NCBI GenBank assembly: GCA_963696295.1
Contig: CAVOJR010000001.1
Coordinates: 3,168,001 to 3,232,000, forward strand
Direction of reading: 5' to 3'
DNA: 64,000 bases
Source of the DNA: an uncultured Chlamydiae bacterium
GTDB taxonomy: Bacteria > Chlamydiota > Chlamydiia > Chlamydiales > JAJFMB01
The notes under the pieces were generated by a model, which searched no databases, was not told the origin of the DNA, and saw only the letters and a list, made by a program, of their open reading frames with translations. This document shows positions 19,596 through 29,000 of the stretch, piece after piece (position 1 is the stretch's first letter; each line of letters starts with the position of its first letter). Position numbers and translations under genes: made by a program.

Positions 19596-20341
19596 TAATC
19601 CTCAGGGCACTGGCAAAGGGGTTTTTGTGGCACATTTGCATTGATTCTTTCCCATTCCGGATTTTCTTGCAACACCCGCAAAATATCCTCCAGGGAAAAA
19701 TCCTTTTTTTCGGGAATGAGGCGCTCTAACAAAAGAGTAATCAGAATAAGATCCTCTTGCGTATCCACCGTCAGCCGGTGGCGGGCCTGATTATCCGGCC
19801 TCGTGAAGCCGCCTAATTTAAAAACCTCGGGCTGCCGGTAGAAAAAGGGGGTCACATGCTCCCGCTCTTCAGGGGCTTTGGCCTCTTTTTCGGCCTTTTC
19901 GAGGGCGGCAAAGGAGAACACCTCTACATCCATTCCCCTTGGGAAGGTGCGCTCCAAAGTGTTGCTCGCATAGTCAAAGCCCCCTTTCAGGAAGAAGTGA
20001 ATCACCTGATCGATGATTTCCGGATCGATCAGCGGACAGTCGCCGGTGACGCGCACCACCACGTCGGCCGCGCTCTTTTTCGCCGTCTGATAATAGCGGT
20101 CGAGCACATCCTCTTCGCTGCCGCAAAAGAAAGGAATTTTCTCTTCCTGGCACACTTCCACAATTTTATAATCTTGGGGTTTATCAGTAGTGGCGACGAC
20201 GATTTCATCGGCTTTTTTCACTCGTTTCAGCCTATCCAAGAGATAGGCGAGCAGGGGTTTGCCCAGCACTGCCTTAAGCGGTTTTCCCGGCAGCCTGGTA
20301 GCGCCCATGCGGGCTTGGACGATAATCACAACTTTTGACAT
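19595..20341 (-). CDS. SpsF/PseF-like cytidylyltransferase family protein
   Basis: IVQARMGATRLPGK, GSEEDVLDRY, VRVTGDCPLID, RLTVDT. Confidence 0.9.
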   Translation of the reverse strand: MSKVVIIVQARMGATRLPGKPLKAVLGKPLLAYLLDRLKRVKKADEIVVATTDKPQDYKIVEVCQEEKIPFFCGSEEDVLDRYYQTAKKSAADVVVRVTGDCPLIDPEIIDQVIHFFLKGGFDYASNTLERTFPRGMDVEVFSFAALEKAEKEAKAPEEREHVTPFFYRQPEVFKLGGFTRPDNQARHRLTVDTQEDLILITLLLERLIPEKKDFSLEDILRVLQENPEWERINANVPQKPLCQCPED

Positions 20342-20350
20342 GCGACCAGT

Positions 20351-20473
20351 TTACTTTTTAGGGCTTTTTTTTACTTTAACTTTCGGCGCGACGGCTCTTT
20401 TCCAACTGACCTGGGTTTGCCGTTTGGCGCTCAAGCGCAAAGTCGCGGTCGCCGCTCCCTTCTTCTTAGACAT
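20351..20473 (-). CDS. small very basic protein, 40 aa (not in ORF track)
   Basis: MSKKKGAATATLRLSAKRQTQVSWKRAVAPKVKVKKSPKK; GGAGG 5 nt upstream of ATG; stop 9 nt before the spsF-like start. Confidence 0.75.
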   Translation of the reverse strand: MSKKKGAATATLRLSAKRQTQVSWKRAVAPKVKVKKSPKK

Positions 20474-20590
20474 AGCAGCCTCCAATAGTTAACAATAGAG
20501 AGAATGCAAGGGGCGTGCCAAAAGGGGTTGAAAAAGATTATGCTTTGAAACATAATGTTTCTGTGCATAATAAAATTAAGGAATAAACAG

Positions 20591-21994
20591 ATGAAATTTA
20601 CCAACAGAAAGCAAGAATTGGCTCGCTTGGACGCTCTTTATCATCTCCCTGAAGGAGGATTAGCCGTTCTTTGGGGGCGCCGTCGCATCGGAAAAACGCG
20701 GCTTTTATTAGAATGGGCTAATAAGTATAAAGGGGTGTATTATACAGCCGATGAGTCAGCAAGTGTTGTTCAAAGAAAATACTTTGCAATGGCCTTAGAA
20801 AGCGCGTTGCCAGGATTTGCTGCGGTAGACTACCCTGATTGGAGCACCTTGTTAACCAGACTGGCAAAAGAAGCCATTCAAATGGGATGGAAAGGTCCCT
20901 TAATCATCGATGAACTTCCCTATCTTATCACAATGTCCCCCGAATTTCCCAGTCTGTTGCAAAGATTTATCGACCGGGAAGCAAAAGAGGCAAAATTGGT
21001 GGTTGCCCTTTGCGGATCCAGTCAGAGGATGATGCAAGGTGCTGTATTAGACGCCTCTGCGCCCCTCTTTGGAAGAGCGCGGGAGACCATAAAACTTAGT
21101 CCGATAACAATCGGGTATTTAGGAGAAGCCCTTGAATTGGATGAACCGAGGGATATCCTGGAATTTTACTCTATTTGGGGTGGAATTCCCCGTTATTGGG
21201 AACTTGTCAAAAAGGGAGCTACGCTTTATGAAAACATCGATCAGTTAGTTCTAGATCCCATAGGCCCTTTGAACGACGAGCCGAATAGATTGCTTCTGGA
21301 AGAAATACCCCCCGCAATAAGTTTGCGTCCTATTTTAGATGCCATAGGACTTGGGGCTCAACGCCTATCTGAAATTGCCACACGCATAGGGTCACCAGCC
21401 AGTTCTTTAGGCCGTCCCATTCAAAGACTTTTAGAATTAGAGTTGATTGAACGGGAGTTGCCTTTTGGCGCCGAGGAGCACAACTCAAAACGAGTTTTGT
21501 ACAAGATAAAAGATCCTTTCATTCGGTTTTGGTTTGATATCGTCGCATCGCGCCGCAGCTATTTTGCTCAAACCCGCTCAACACATCGTCAAAAGTGGCT
21601 AAAACAGAACCTTTTTCCCCTTTTTTCCAAAACGTGGGAAGAGATTTGCAGGCAAGCAGCGCCAACGCTGACGCAGAAATTGCTTGGTATAAACTTTAAT
21701 GCGTCGAGCCGTTACTGGCATGGACAGGGTCCCCAATGGGACATGTTGGCAAAATCATTAGACGAAAAGGATCTCCTCGTAGGAGAGGTGAAGTGGACTG
21801 AGAAAAACCAAACAGCCAGCTGGGTCTATAAAACCATTGAGAGCATGAAATCCAAAGGATTTCCACCGGTGCCGAGATCTCCAAAAGCCAAACTGCATTA
21901 TGCTTTATTTCTTCCGGAAAAACCCAAGGGACTCACCTTGCCAAAAGATGTCATATTGATAGACGCAAAGGAAGTTATTTTGAGCTTAACTTAG
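20591..21994 (+). CDS. archaeal-type AAA ATPase with wHTH and DUF234/nuclease-like C-terminus
   Basis: FTNRKQEL, WGRRRIGKTRL Walker A, IIDELPYL Walker B, LCGSS, GGIPRY, DPFIRFWF, GEVKW. Confidence 0.88.
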   Translation: MKFTNRKQELARLDALYHLPEGGLAVLWGRRRIGKTRLLLEWANKYKGVYYTADESASVVQRKYFAMALESALPGFAAVDYPDWSTLLTRLAKEAIQMGWKGPLIIDELPYLITMSPEFPSLLQRFIDREAKEAKLVVALCGSSQRMMQGAVLDASAPLFGRARETIKLSPITIGYLGEALELDEPRDILEFYSIWGGIPRYWELVKKGATLYENIDQLVLDPIGPLNDEPNRLLLEEIPPAISLRPILDAIGLGAQRLSEIATRIGSPASSLGRPIQRLLELELIERELPFGAEEHNSKRVLYKIKDPFIRFWFDIVASRRSYFAQTRSTHRQKWLKQNLFPLFSKTWEEICRQAAPTLTQKLLGINFNASSRYWHGQGPQWDMLAKSLDEKDLLVGEVKWTEKNQTASWVYKTIESMKSKGFPPVPRSPKAKLHYALFLPEKPKGLTLPKDVILIDAKEVILSLT

Positions 21995-22600
21995 AGCGTC
22001 AATATCATTGGATTGAAGCAGAGGCAAATTCCGCTTTATCTTCTCGATATCCCAATCCCACCATTTTATTTTTAAGAGTTTCTGAATCTGCTCCTCCGGA
22101 AACCTTTTTTTGATGAAGCGGGCGGGATTTCCCCCCCAAATCTCGTAGGGGCCCACATTTTTTGTGACAACCGCCCGGGAGGCAATCACAGCGCCGTCTG
22201 CAATGTGAACCCCCGGCATAATGAGGGCCTCAAAGCCGATCCAGACATCGTTCCCGATGACCGTATCCCTTTTGCGCTGATAGGCGGCGGGACGATCTGC
22301 GGTTTTGAATTCATCGAATTCATCCAGCGGGTATGAAGCGATCCACTGATAATTGTGTCCCTGGTTGCCGGCCATCATGAATTTAGCTCCGGAGGCGATG
22401 GAACAAAATTTGCCGATCACGAGGCGGTCGATCTCATCGGGGTCGATCCCGTTGTCTTTTTCATCGAGATAGAGGACGCACTCTTCGAAAGAGTGCCCGT
22501 GATAGAAACCCGCATAATAGGAGTGGTCGCCGGCGATGATATGGCGGCATTTGACATGATCCTTAATGAAAATAGAGGCTCGGTAGTCTTCAAAAAGCAC
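21986..22600 (-). CDS. CatB/Vat-type xenobiotic O-acetyltransferase (hexapeptide repeat)
   Basis: SYYAGFYHGHSFEEC, IGKFCSIASGA, DTVIGNDVWIG, GGNPARFIKKRF, KWWDW. Confidence 0.9.
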   Translation of the reverse strand: MLFEDYRASIFIKDHVKCRHIIAGDHSYYAGFYHGHSFEECVLYLDEKDNGIDPDEIDRLVIGKFCSIASGAKFMMAGNQGHNYQWIASYPLDEFDEFKTADRPAAYQRKRDTVIGNDVWIGFEALIMPGVHIADGAVIASRAVVTKNVGPYEIWGGNPARFIKKRFPEEQIQKLLKIKWWDWDIEKIKRNLPLLQSNDIDALS

Positions 22601-22603
22601 AAC

Positions 22604-23680
22604 TCAATCCTTCCCTACAAGGACAGATGCACTGTTTTCTATCCTTGGCAAAGCTCTAATTCTGGCTTCCAGGATGGAAAATTCTGTCGCCGTTGGATAG
22701 ATGTTTTCTAACTCAAAGCCGGTTTTTTCCAAAAGATCCTTAAACGAGTAGAGGTCTCTTTCTTTGCCGCCAGTGATGGAGAGCATCAAAACGTCCATGC
22801 AATTCGCATAAAGGGATTTGTCCTTTGGCTGCAGCACCACTTCGACAATGAGGAGCCGGCTTTCGGGCTTCATGGCCTGATAACAATTTCTTAAGATCTG
22901 CTCCGCTTTTCCATCGTCCCAGTCATGCAGGACCGATTTTAAGAGATAGGCATCGCCCCCTTCCGGAACAGATTGGAAAAAATCACCGGCCTGCCACTTC
23001 AATCTCTCAAAAGCAGGAGCTTTCTCAATGACTTCGGATAGGTCGAAAACAAGACCTGAAAGTTTCGGATAGGCCTTGAGCAACGCCTGCATAAATTGGC
23101 CTTGCCCGCCGCCGATATCATAAACGGATTGCAACTGGCTAAAGTCATAAGAGGAAAGGGCAGAGCTTGCAACAGCTTTAGATTTTTCCCTCATCGCCTG
23201 CTGAAACAGGGCCGCTCTCGCCGGGTTCTCTTTGAAATAGCTGAATACGGGCTGCTTATAGGTCAGCTGAAAGGCCGGAACCCCCTCTTGGATTGAGTTG
23301 TAAAGCTCATCAAAGCTCCTGTGGATATCTTCCCCATAAAAAAGAGAAAGGTGGTGCAGGGTGTCGGGGTTATTCTTCATCAGCAGAAGGCTCGCTTCCG
23401 TGTTGGCGAAGACCTTCGGGGAGATCTCTTCAAATACCTGAAAGCCTGCCAGCATATGCAGTAGCCGGTATAAGGAATCGGGATCCGATCCGGTGGCGTT
23501 CGCCAATTCTTCGATCGATTTTGGTGTAGACAAATGGTCGGCAACCTCTAATTTAGTCGCGACATATAAGCCCCTCGAAACCCATTCTCCGGAAAAGAGC
23601 ATCAGAAGATTTTCTCTTGGAGTTTCCTGTGCAAGAAGCGCTCCACAGGCTAAAAACATAAAGGCAAGTATACGATTCAT
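22604..23680 (-). CDS. SAM-dependent O-methyltransferase (Methyltransf_2 plus dimerisation domain) with apparent signal peptide
   Basis: DIGGGQG, GDFF, LKSVLHDWDD, GGKER. Confidence 0.9.
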   Translation of the reverse strand: MNRILAFMFLACGALLAQETPRENLLMLFSGEWVSRGLYVATKLEVADHLSTPKSIEELANATGSDPDSLYRLLHMLAGFQVFEEISPKVFANTEASLLLMKNNPDTLHHLSLFYGEDIHRSFDELYNSIQEGVPAFQLTYKQPVFSYFKENPARAALFQQAMREKSKAVASSALSSYDFSQLQSVYDIGGGQGQFMQALLKAYPKLSGLVFDLSEVIEKAPAFERLKWQAGDFFQSVPEGGDAYLLKSVLHDWDDGKAEQILRNCYQAMKPESRLLIVEVVLQPKDKSLYANCMDVLMLSITGGKERDLYSFKDLLEKTGFELENIYPTATEFSILEARIRALPRIENSASVLVGKD

Positions 23681-23760
23681 TTCTTATCTCCCAAGTTTTT
23701 TTAAGAAGGGTACACTTTACAGGATTATTGTGTCAAATGTTGGAAGTATTTCACAGGATC

Positions 23761-25206
23761 TTAACCCGACAGAACTTTATTCGTGAGATCCGCCCAAGCG
23801 TGATCTGCGTGGTATTTTTGGCGGAGATTTTGGTAGGATTCTTTAGGATAGATGGTCCAAAACTCCTCTGGGGAATAATAGGAATGTCCATAAAGCATCT
23901 TGCGACCCTGATATTCATGGGTGAGCAGCTCAAGACGGCGGGTGATCGCCTCTGCACCTAGAGCACAATTAGGAACCCCGTAAACGCCCACATCAAACAA
24001 GAGCTCTTGCTGCGGGTTGAAATGGGGAGCTAAAAATTGAGGCTGAGAAGTTGCCTTGATGGGACACAACCAAATTGGAGCCACAGGGAATTCGTTAAAG
24101 ATCTTTTCTGTAAACGCAGTTGTTTGCGCTTCTGGTATGTAAAAATCTTGGATGACAAAACGTTTAGCTAACCAGGCTTCACTTCCTGCGTGCAGGGTCG
24201 CATAAAGACGCTTACTCTCGAGCATCCAGCCAAAAAGAGATCGAAATATAAGTCCTGGACACTTTAAATCACAACAAGCTTTGCTCTTTTGGATGGCTTC
24301 AAGGGGTAAACCCGCTTTAGCTAACAGAAATCCGCCAATGACCGATCTAAAATACGCATATCCTCCCAGCCAGAAGGCTCCACGGTCGTGTCTAAACAAG
24401 TAGTCTTGGATGGAAACATATTCGATCTGCTCTGTTTTTTGATCGGCAATTTTCTTGACATGCTGATAGAAAAGGTGTTTCCAGGAGGGGGTAAGCGAAA
24501 GGTATTTAGCTTCTTCAGGGGGAGATAAGTGACGAGCTATAATTTCACCCGTAATTACCACAACTTGATCCTGTTGAAAGACTAAGGCTTCAATAAAATC
24601 GGCTTTTGGGTCTTGGCGGCTTTTGAGACCCATTTCTGTAATGGCTGAATTTAGACTTTGAAAAACTTGATAGTGAAGCTTGACCCATTTTCCCGCTGGC
24701 ACAAGTTGTATTTCAACAGCAAGCAACAGTCCCAATGATCCATAAGATCCTGAAAGACCATAGAAAAGGTCTGGATATGTCGTCGGAGTCGCCTCTACAA
24801 TCGATCCGTCTCCTAGAAGCACTTCATAAGCCGTGGAGATATCATTAAATTGACCGTAGCGATGCGAGCTGCTCTCGAGGGCTGCCCCCATAATCGCCCC
24901 TCCCACTGTAATGCTTTTAAATTCAGGCAAAACAGCTGGTATAAAGCCATGAGGTAAAGTTTTCGATAAAAGTTCCTCCGTTGTCATTCTAGGTTCTACC
25001 CAGACTGTTTTTTTGACTGGGTCAATCTGTAGGAGTCTTCTTAACTTATTGAGATTCAACCCGGCAGCTTGGTTTTTGTATCCATTTTTTCTGAGGGTAT
25101 TGGAATGTACTGCCGAATTAATGCACATGTGTTGTTTGTTATCAGCATTTTTGATCTCAAGTAGGCGCTGACGGATTTCTTGTATATTCTGTCTGTGCTG
25201 ATCCAT
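23761..25206 (-). CDS. FAD-binding oxidoreductase, delta24-sterol reductase (DHCR24/DIM1)-like
   Basis: PEFKSITVGGAIMG..ESSSHRYG, GSYGSLG, DYLFRHDRGAFW, IQDFYIP, PIWLCP, KMLYGHSYY..EFW. Confidence 0.85.
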   Translation of the reverse strand: MDQHRQNIQEIRQRLLEIKNADNKQHMCINSAVHSNTLRKNGYKNQAAGLNLNKLRRLLQIDPVKKTVWVEPRMTTEELLSKTLPHGFIPAVLPEFKSITVGGAIMGAALESSSHRYGQFNDISTAYEVLLGDGSIVEATPTTYPDLFYGLSGSYGSLGLLLAVEIQLVPAGKWVKLHYQVFQSLNSAITEMGLKSRQDPKADFIEALVFQQDQVVVITGEIIARHLSPPEEAKYLSLTPSWKHLFYQHVKKIADQKTEQIEYVSIQDYLFRHDRGAFWLGGYAYFRSVIGGFLLAKAGLPLEAIQKSKACCDLKCPGLIFRSLFGWMLESKRLYATLHAGSEAWLAKRFVIQDFYIPEAQTTAFTEKIFNEFPVAPIWLCPIKATSQPQFLAPHFNPQQELLFDVGVYGVPNCALGAEAITRRLELLTHEYQGRKMLYGHSYYSPEEFWTIYPKESYQNLRQKYHADHAWADLTNKVLSG

Positions 25207-25221
25207 GACTGATTCTCTTGC

Positions 25222-26046
25222 TTAATTGTTCTGGGCCAGAGCCTTCTTTTCAAGGGTTGGCAGGCGCTCAAATTGCCAAATCAGCTTAGGCGGGTTTGGA
25301 GAAGTAAAAAGGCGTAATAACAAAATGCGGTTGTGATAAACTTCTGCGCATTTCTTTTCCAATAGCTCCTGCGGGGTTCGATTTAAAATATCTTTTACAG
25401 CGCGGCTGGCGCCCTGATAAACCAGGGTTTCATACACTTTATAATGCCTATGAAATGCGGCGACATGGAGCGGGGTCAGCCCACTTCCATCCTTGACGTC
25501 AAGCGAGACTTTTTGAGACATTAAAAAGTGAACCACGCTGTTATGGCCGTATTTCGCAGCCGCTCTTAAGGGAGTTTTACCGCGAAAATCACCAATATTT
25601 AGATCCGCGCCCAAATTTGACAAAACCATCAAGGCTTCAAGATTTCCGAAGTAGGCGGCCCAATAGGCGGGCGTCTGCCCTCTAATATCTTGCGCGTTGA
25701 TATCGGCCCGATCCCGCGCCAGCCGGTAAATGTTCTTCACGTTATTACCCATCGCCGCCGCATGGAGAGGGGTGACCTTTTCCAAAGGCTCGGCCTGAAT
25801 ATCGATCGTTTCCACATCCTTTGAAACGGCTAAGTCCAAATTCTTCGGCCAATCTTTATAGCGGTACGATTTCGGATAGGTGTTTGGAACCGGGTGAGGA
25901 GAGAGGGTCACAGCCGGCAGAGGTTTTGCATAATAGGCATATTGCACATGCTCCCAAATGGCATGAATAGCTTTAACTATCGGAGCTAAAACTCTATTTA
26001 GATTTTGCGCGCAATAGGTATAAGATTGAAATATTGCCGTTACCAA
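25222..26046 (-). CDS. ankyrin repeat protein (4 repeats)
   Basis: TPLHAAA, GQTPAYWAA, GKTPLRAAA, GLTPLHVAA. Confidence 0.92.
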   Translation of the reverse strand: MVTAIFQSYTYCAQNLNRVLAPIVKAIHAIWEHVQYAYYAKPLPAVTLSPHPVPNTYPKSYRYKDWPKNLDLAVSKDVETIDIQAEPLEKVTPLHAAAMGNNVKNIYRLARDRADINAQDIRGQTPAYWAAYFGNLEALMVLSNLGADLNIGDFRGKTPLRAAAKYGHNSVVHFLMSQKVSLDVKDGSGLTPLHVAAFHRHYKVYETLVYQGASRAVKDILNRTPQELLEKKCAEVYHNRILLLRLFTSPNPPKLIWQFERLPTLEKKALAQNN

Positions 26047-27035
26047 TAGACAAATCCTTTGCGCACCAGCAGTTCGCCGGTAAGCAGGGCGCCGCCGGCG
26101 GCTCCGCGGATCGCATTATGGGAGAGGAGCGTGAATTTGTTATGGAGCAAGGGGCAGGGGCGGAGGCGCCCGAGGCTGACAGCCATCCCGTTGTCTAAAA
26201 GGCGGTGTTTTTTCGGCTGGGGAAAGTCCGTTTCAGCGAAGTAGCGAAGGGGGTGTTCTATGCCGGTGGGCAGATAGGGTTTGCACAAGGGAGACTTAAA
26301 ATTCTTCCAGGCAGCGAGGATCTCCTCTTCGGAAGGGCGGTTTTTAAATTGGATGGAGACTGAAGCAGTGTGGCCGTCGCTGACGGGGACGCGGTTGCAT
26401 TGGGCGCTGATGGTGATCTCATCCAAGCCCAAAATCTTTTTGGGTTCGTTTTCCAGCTTCTCCTCCTCATCCTGGATGTAGGGGATGATGTTGTCCTCGA
26501 TATCCAGCTCTTTCGCCGATCGGCCGGCGCCGGAAATGGCCTGCATCGTGACGACATTCACCGCAACGACGCCAAAGAGATCGACTAAGGGTTTCAGGGC
26601 GAGGGTCAAGCCGACCGCGGAGCAGTTCGGCACTGTGACGATCTTGCCTTTCGTCTCCTGGGCATGCAGCCACTCCAGATGCGATTCGTTCACTTCGGGG
26701 ATCATCAAGGGAATATTCTTTTCCATGCGATGGGATCTCGCGTTGGAGACAATCACATAGCCGGCCTTCGCCAGGGTCTCCTCAACCTCTTTCGCGACCG
26801 GATGGTCGAGCGCGGAGAAGAGCAGCCGGCAGGGCAGTTTTTCCGTGTGGCCGGAGATAATAAGCCCTGTGTCGCCAAAAGGCTTTCCTTGCGACTGCTC
26901 AGAAGCTGTCACAGCCGTAAGCTCGAACCAGGGGTGGGTTTTTAGCAGGCGGGCCAGCGATTGGCCCACAATGCCGGTCGCGCCCAAAATCCCAACCGGG
27001 ATTTTGTCGCGAAAAAATAGATCACTTCCGAGCAT
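26040..27035 (-). CDS. asd: aspartate-semialdehyde dehydrogenase
   Basis: GATGIVGQ, PEVN, PNCS, QAISGAG, RVPVSDGH, HNAIRGAAG. Confidence 0.93.
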   Translation of the reverse strand: MLGSDLFFRDKIPVGILGATGIVGQSLARLLKTHPWFELTAVTASEQSQGKPFGDTGLIISGHTEKLPCRLLFSALDHPVAKEVEETLAKAGYVIVSNARSHRMEKNIPLMIPEVNESHLEWLHAQETKGKIVTVPNCSAVGLTLALKPLVDLFGVVAVNVVTMQAISGAGRSAKELDIEDNIIPYIQDEEEKLENEPKKILGLDEITISAQCNRVPVSDGHTASVSIQFKNRPSEEEILAAWKNFKSPLCKPYLPTGIEHPLRYFAETDFPQPKKHRLLDNGMAVSLGRLRPCPLLHNKFTLLSHNAIRGAAGGALLTGELLVRKGFVYW

Positions 27036-28509
27036 GTTCTTCCAGATAGGACAGCATCAGGCGGACGCAAATCCCCGAAGAGTGCTGCGGATAGTAGCGC
27101 TTCGGTTTATCGCACCAGGCTGTGCCGGCTATGTCGAAATGGGCCCAGGGCACATTGTCGACAAACTCCTCCAGAAACTTCGCCGCCGTAATCGAACCTC
27201 CGGGGCGCCCGCCGATATTTTTGATATCGGCAATTTCCGACTTGAGCTGGTCGCGGTACTCGGCAAACATAGGCAGCGGATGGACCCGCTCGAAGGTGTC
27301 GTTGCCGGCGTGGATCAGGCTTTCCTGAAGTTCTTTATTGTTGCTCATCAGCCCGACCGCTTCGTTGCCGAGAGCGACTTCAATAGCCCCGGTCAGCGTC
27401 GCAAAATCGATGATGCGGCTCGGCTTCAGATTTTTTACCGTATAGGCCAGGGCGTCGGCTAAAATCAGGCGTCCCTCAGCGTCGGTATTCCCTATCTCCA
27501 CCGTTTTGCCGTCGAGGCACCGGTAGACATCGCCCGGCTTATAACTCGTCGAGCTGACGCTGTTTTCTGTTGAAGGGATCACCACCGTCAGGTTGAGCTT
27601 GAGGCCCAAAGTGGCTACGGCATACAAAATCCCCAATGCGGTGCCGGCGCCGGCCATATCGTACTTCATTGACTCCATGGAGCCGGTCGGCTTGATATTG
27701 AGGCCGCCGGTGTCATAAGTCACCCCTTTGCCTACCAATACGGTATGGTCTTTGGAGCCCGGCTTGCCCGAATATTCGGCGATAATAAACGCGGGATCTA
27801 CGGAAGAGCCGCGGCTCACCGCTAAAAGAAGGCCCATTTTTTCCTGTTCGATCCGTTTTTTATCAAATACCGTCGTCTTGATGGTGCTGAACTCTTTGGC
27901 GAGCGATTTGGCGACTTCCCCCAAGTGCTGCGGGGTGACATCGTCGGCGTTGCCGTTGACCAGGTCGCGCGTCAGATAGACCCCTTTGCAGATGCTCAGG
28001 GCTTTTTTGGCGACTTTAAGCGCCTCTTTAGAAGCGTCGACAAAATTGACATGAGTCAGCAGATGGGGGCCATGCTCTTTCAGAGAGTGGCTTCGCAGTT
28101 TGTCAAAAGCGTAGTTGAGAAGAAGGATGCCCTCGGAAACTCCCCTGACCACCTGTTCCTCATCTAAAGCTTTTGGCAAGAGGATGTTGATATCTTTCAG
28201 GTGGTATTTTTGACAGTACTTAACGATGTGGGCATAGGCGCGGCGCAAATTTTCCACCGTGCACTTTTTCTCTTCCCCTAAGCCAAGCAGCGCCATGCGC
28301 TTTTCGGGCTGTCCGGACATGTAAACGACATTTACTTCCCCTTCTTTCCCTTTAAAATCGTGCAACTTGACGGGATCATCGGCAAAAGAGGCGAGCTTTC
28401 CAAGTTCTTTGCAAGCCAGCTCCGCACCTTTTTTTCCCTGCCAAAACGGCACGACCAATAGATCATTTTTTTTCCGTTGCGATAAGCCTGTTACGGCGCC
28501 AAAAATCAT
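27022..28509 (-). CDS. pepA: leucyl aminopeptidase (M17)
   Basis: GKGVTYDTGG, MKYDMAG, NTDAEGRL, ATLTGA, HFDIAG. Confidence 0.96.
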   Translation of the reverse strand: MIFGAVTGLSQRKKNDLLVVPFWQGKKGAELACKELGKLASFADDPVKLHDFKGKEGEVNVVYMSGQPEKRMALLGLGEEKKCTVENLRRAYAHIVKYCQKYHLKDINILLPKALDEEQVVRGVSEGILLLNYAFDKLRSHSLKEHGPHLLTHVNFVDASKEALKVAKKALSICKGVYLTRDLVNGNADDVTPQHLGEVAKSLAKEFSTIKTTVFDKKRIEQEKMGLLLAVSRGSSVDPAFIIAEYSGKPGSKDHTVLVGKGVTYDTGGLNIKPTGSMESMKYDMAGAGTALGILYAVATLGLKLNLTVVIPSTENSVSSTSYKPGDVYRCLDGKTVEIGNTDAEGRLILADALAYTVKNLKPSRIIDFATLTGAIEVALGNEAVGLMSNNKELQESLIHAGNDTFERVHPLPMFAEYRDQLKSEIADIKNIGGRPGGSITAAKFLEEFVDNVPWAHFDIAGTAWCDKPKRYYPQHSSGICVRLMLSYLEEHARK

Positions 28510-28518
28510 TTTGTCTCC

Positions 28519-28968
28519 CTAAAATGGAATGGGTTCATCTTCGAAATCTTCAGAAACGCCGGCATAGGAGGGCCTTGTTTCGGAGAGATTCGTTTCGCCA
28601 AAATTGCCGGCTTCTGCAGGAGATGCCGCTTGATCCGAGCGTCCGGTTCCGGTTCCGGTGCCGAAGGGTGAGAAGTGGATCGACTCGGCGGTCATTTCGA
28701 GCGAAATTTGCGAGGCTCCGTCGCGGCTTGTGTAAATCTCGGGCTTGTTCATCGCTCCCATCACAATGACAGCGCTGCCTTTCTTCAAATAGGGCATCAT
28801 TTTATCAAAGCGGTCGCCCCAAACGGTGACGCGCCACCACATCGTATCATCCTTGCCCCCTTTGCGCACATTGCAGGCAACGCGGAAGGATGTGACTTTT
28901 TGCCCGTTGGAAGTGAATCTGGTCTCAGGGTCTGCGCCTAAGCGTCCGAAAATTTGTAAAAAATTCAT
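28519..28968 (-). CDS. ssb: single-stranded DNA-binding protein
   Basis: GRLGADPETR OB fold; acidic tail DEPIPF. Confidence 0.95.
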   Translation of the reverse strand: MNFLQIFGRLGADPETRFTSNGQKVTSFRVACNVRKGGKDDTMWWRVTVWGDRFDKMMPYLKKGSAVIVMGAMNKPEIYTSRDGASQISLEMTAESIHFSPFGTGTGTGRSDQAASPAEAGNFGETNLSETRPSYAGVSEDFEDEPIPF

Positions 28969-29000
28969 TTCTACCTCACCTTTTCGATTGTAAACAAAGG

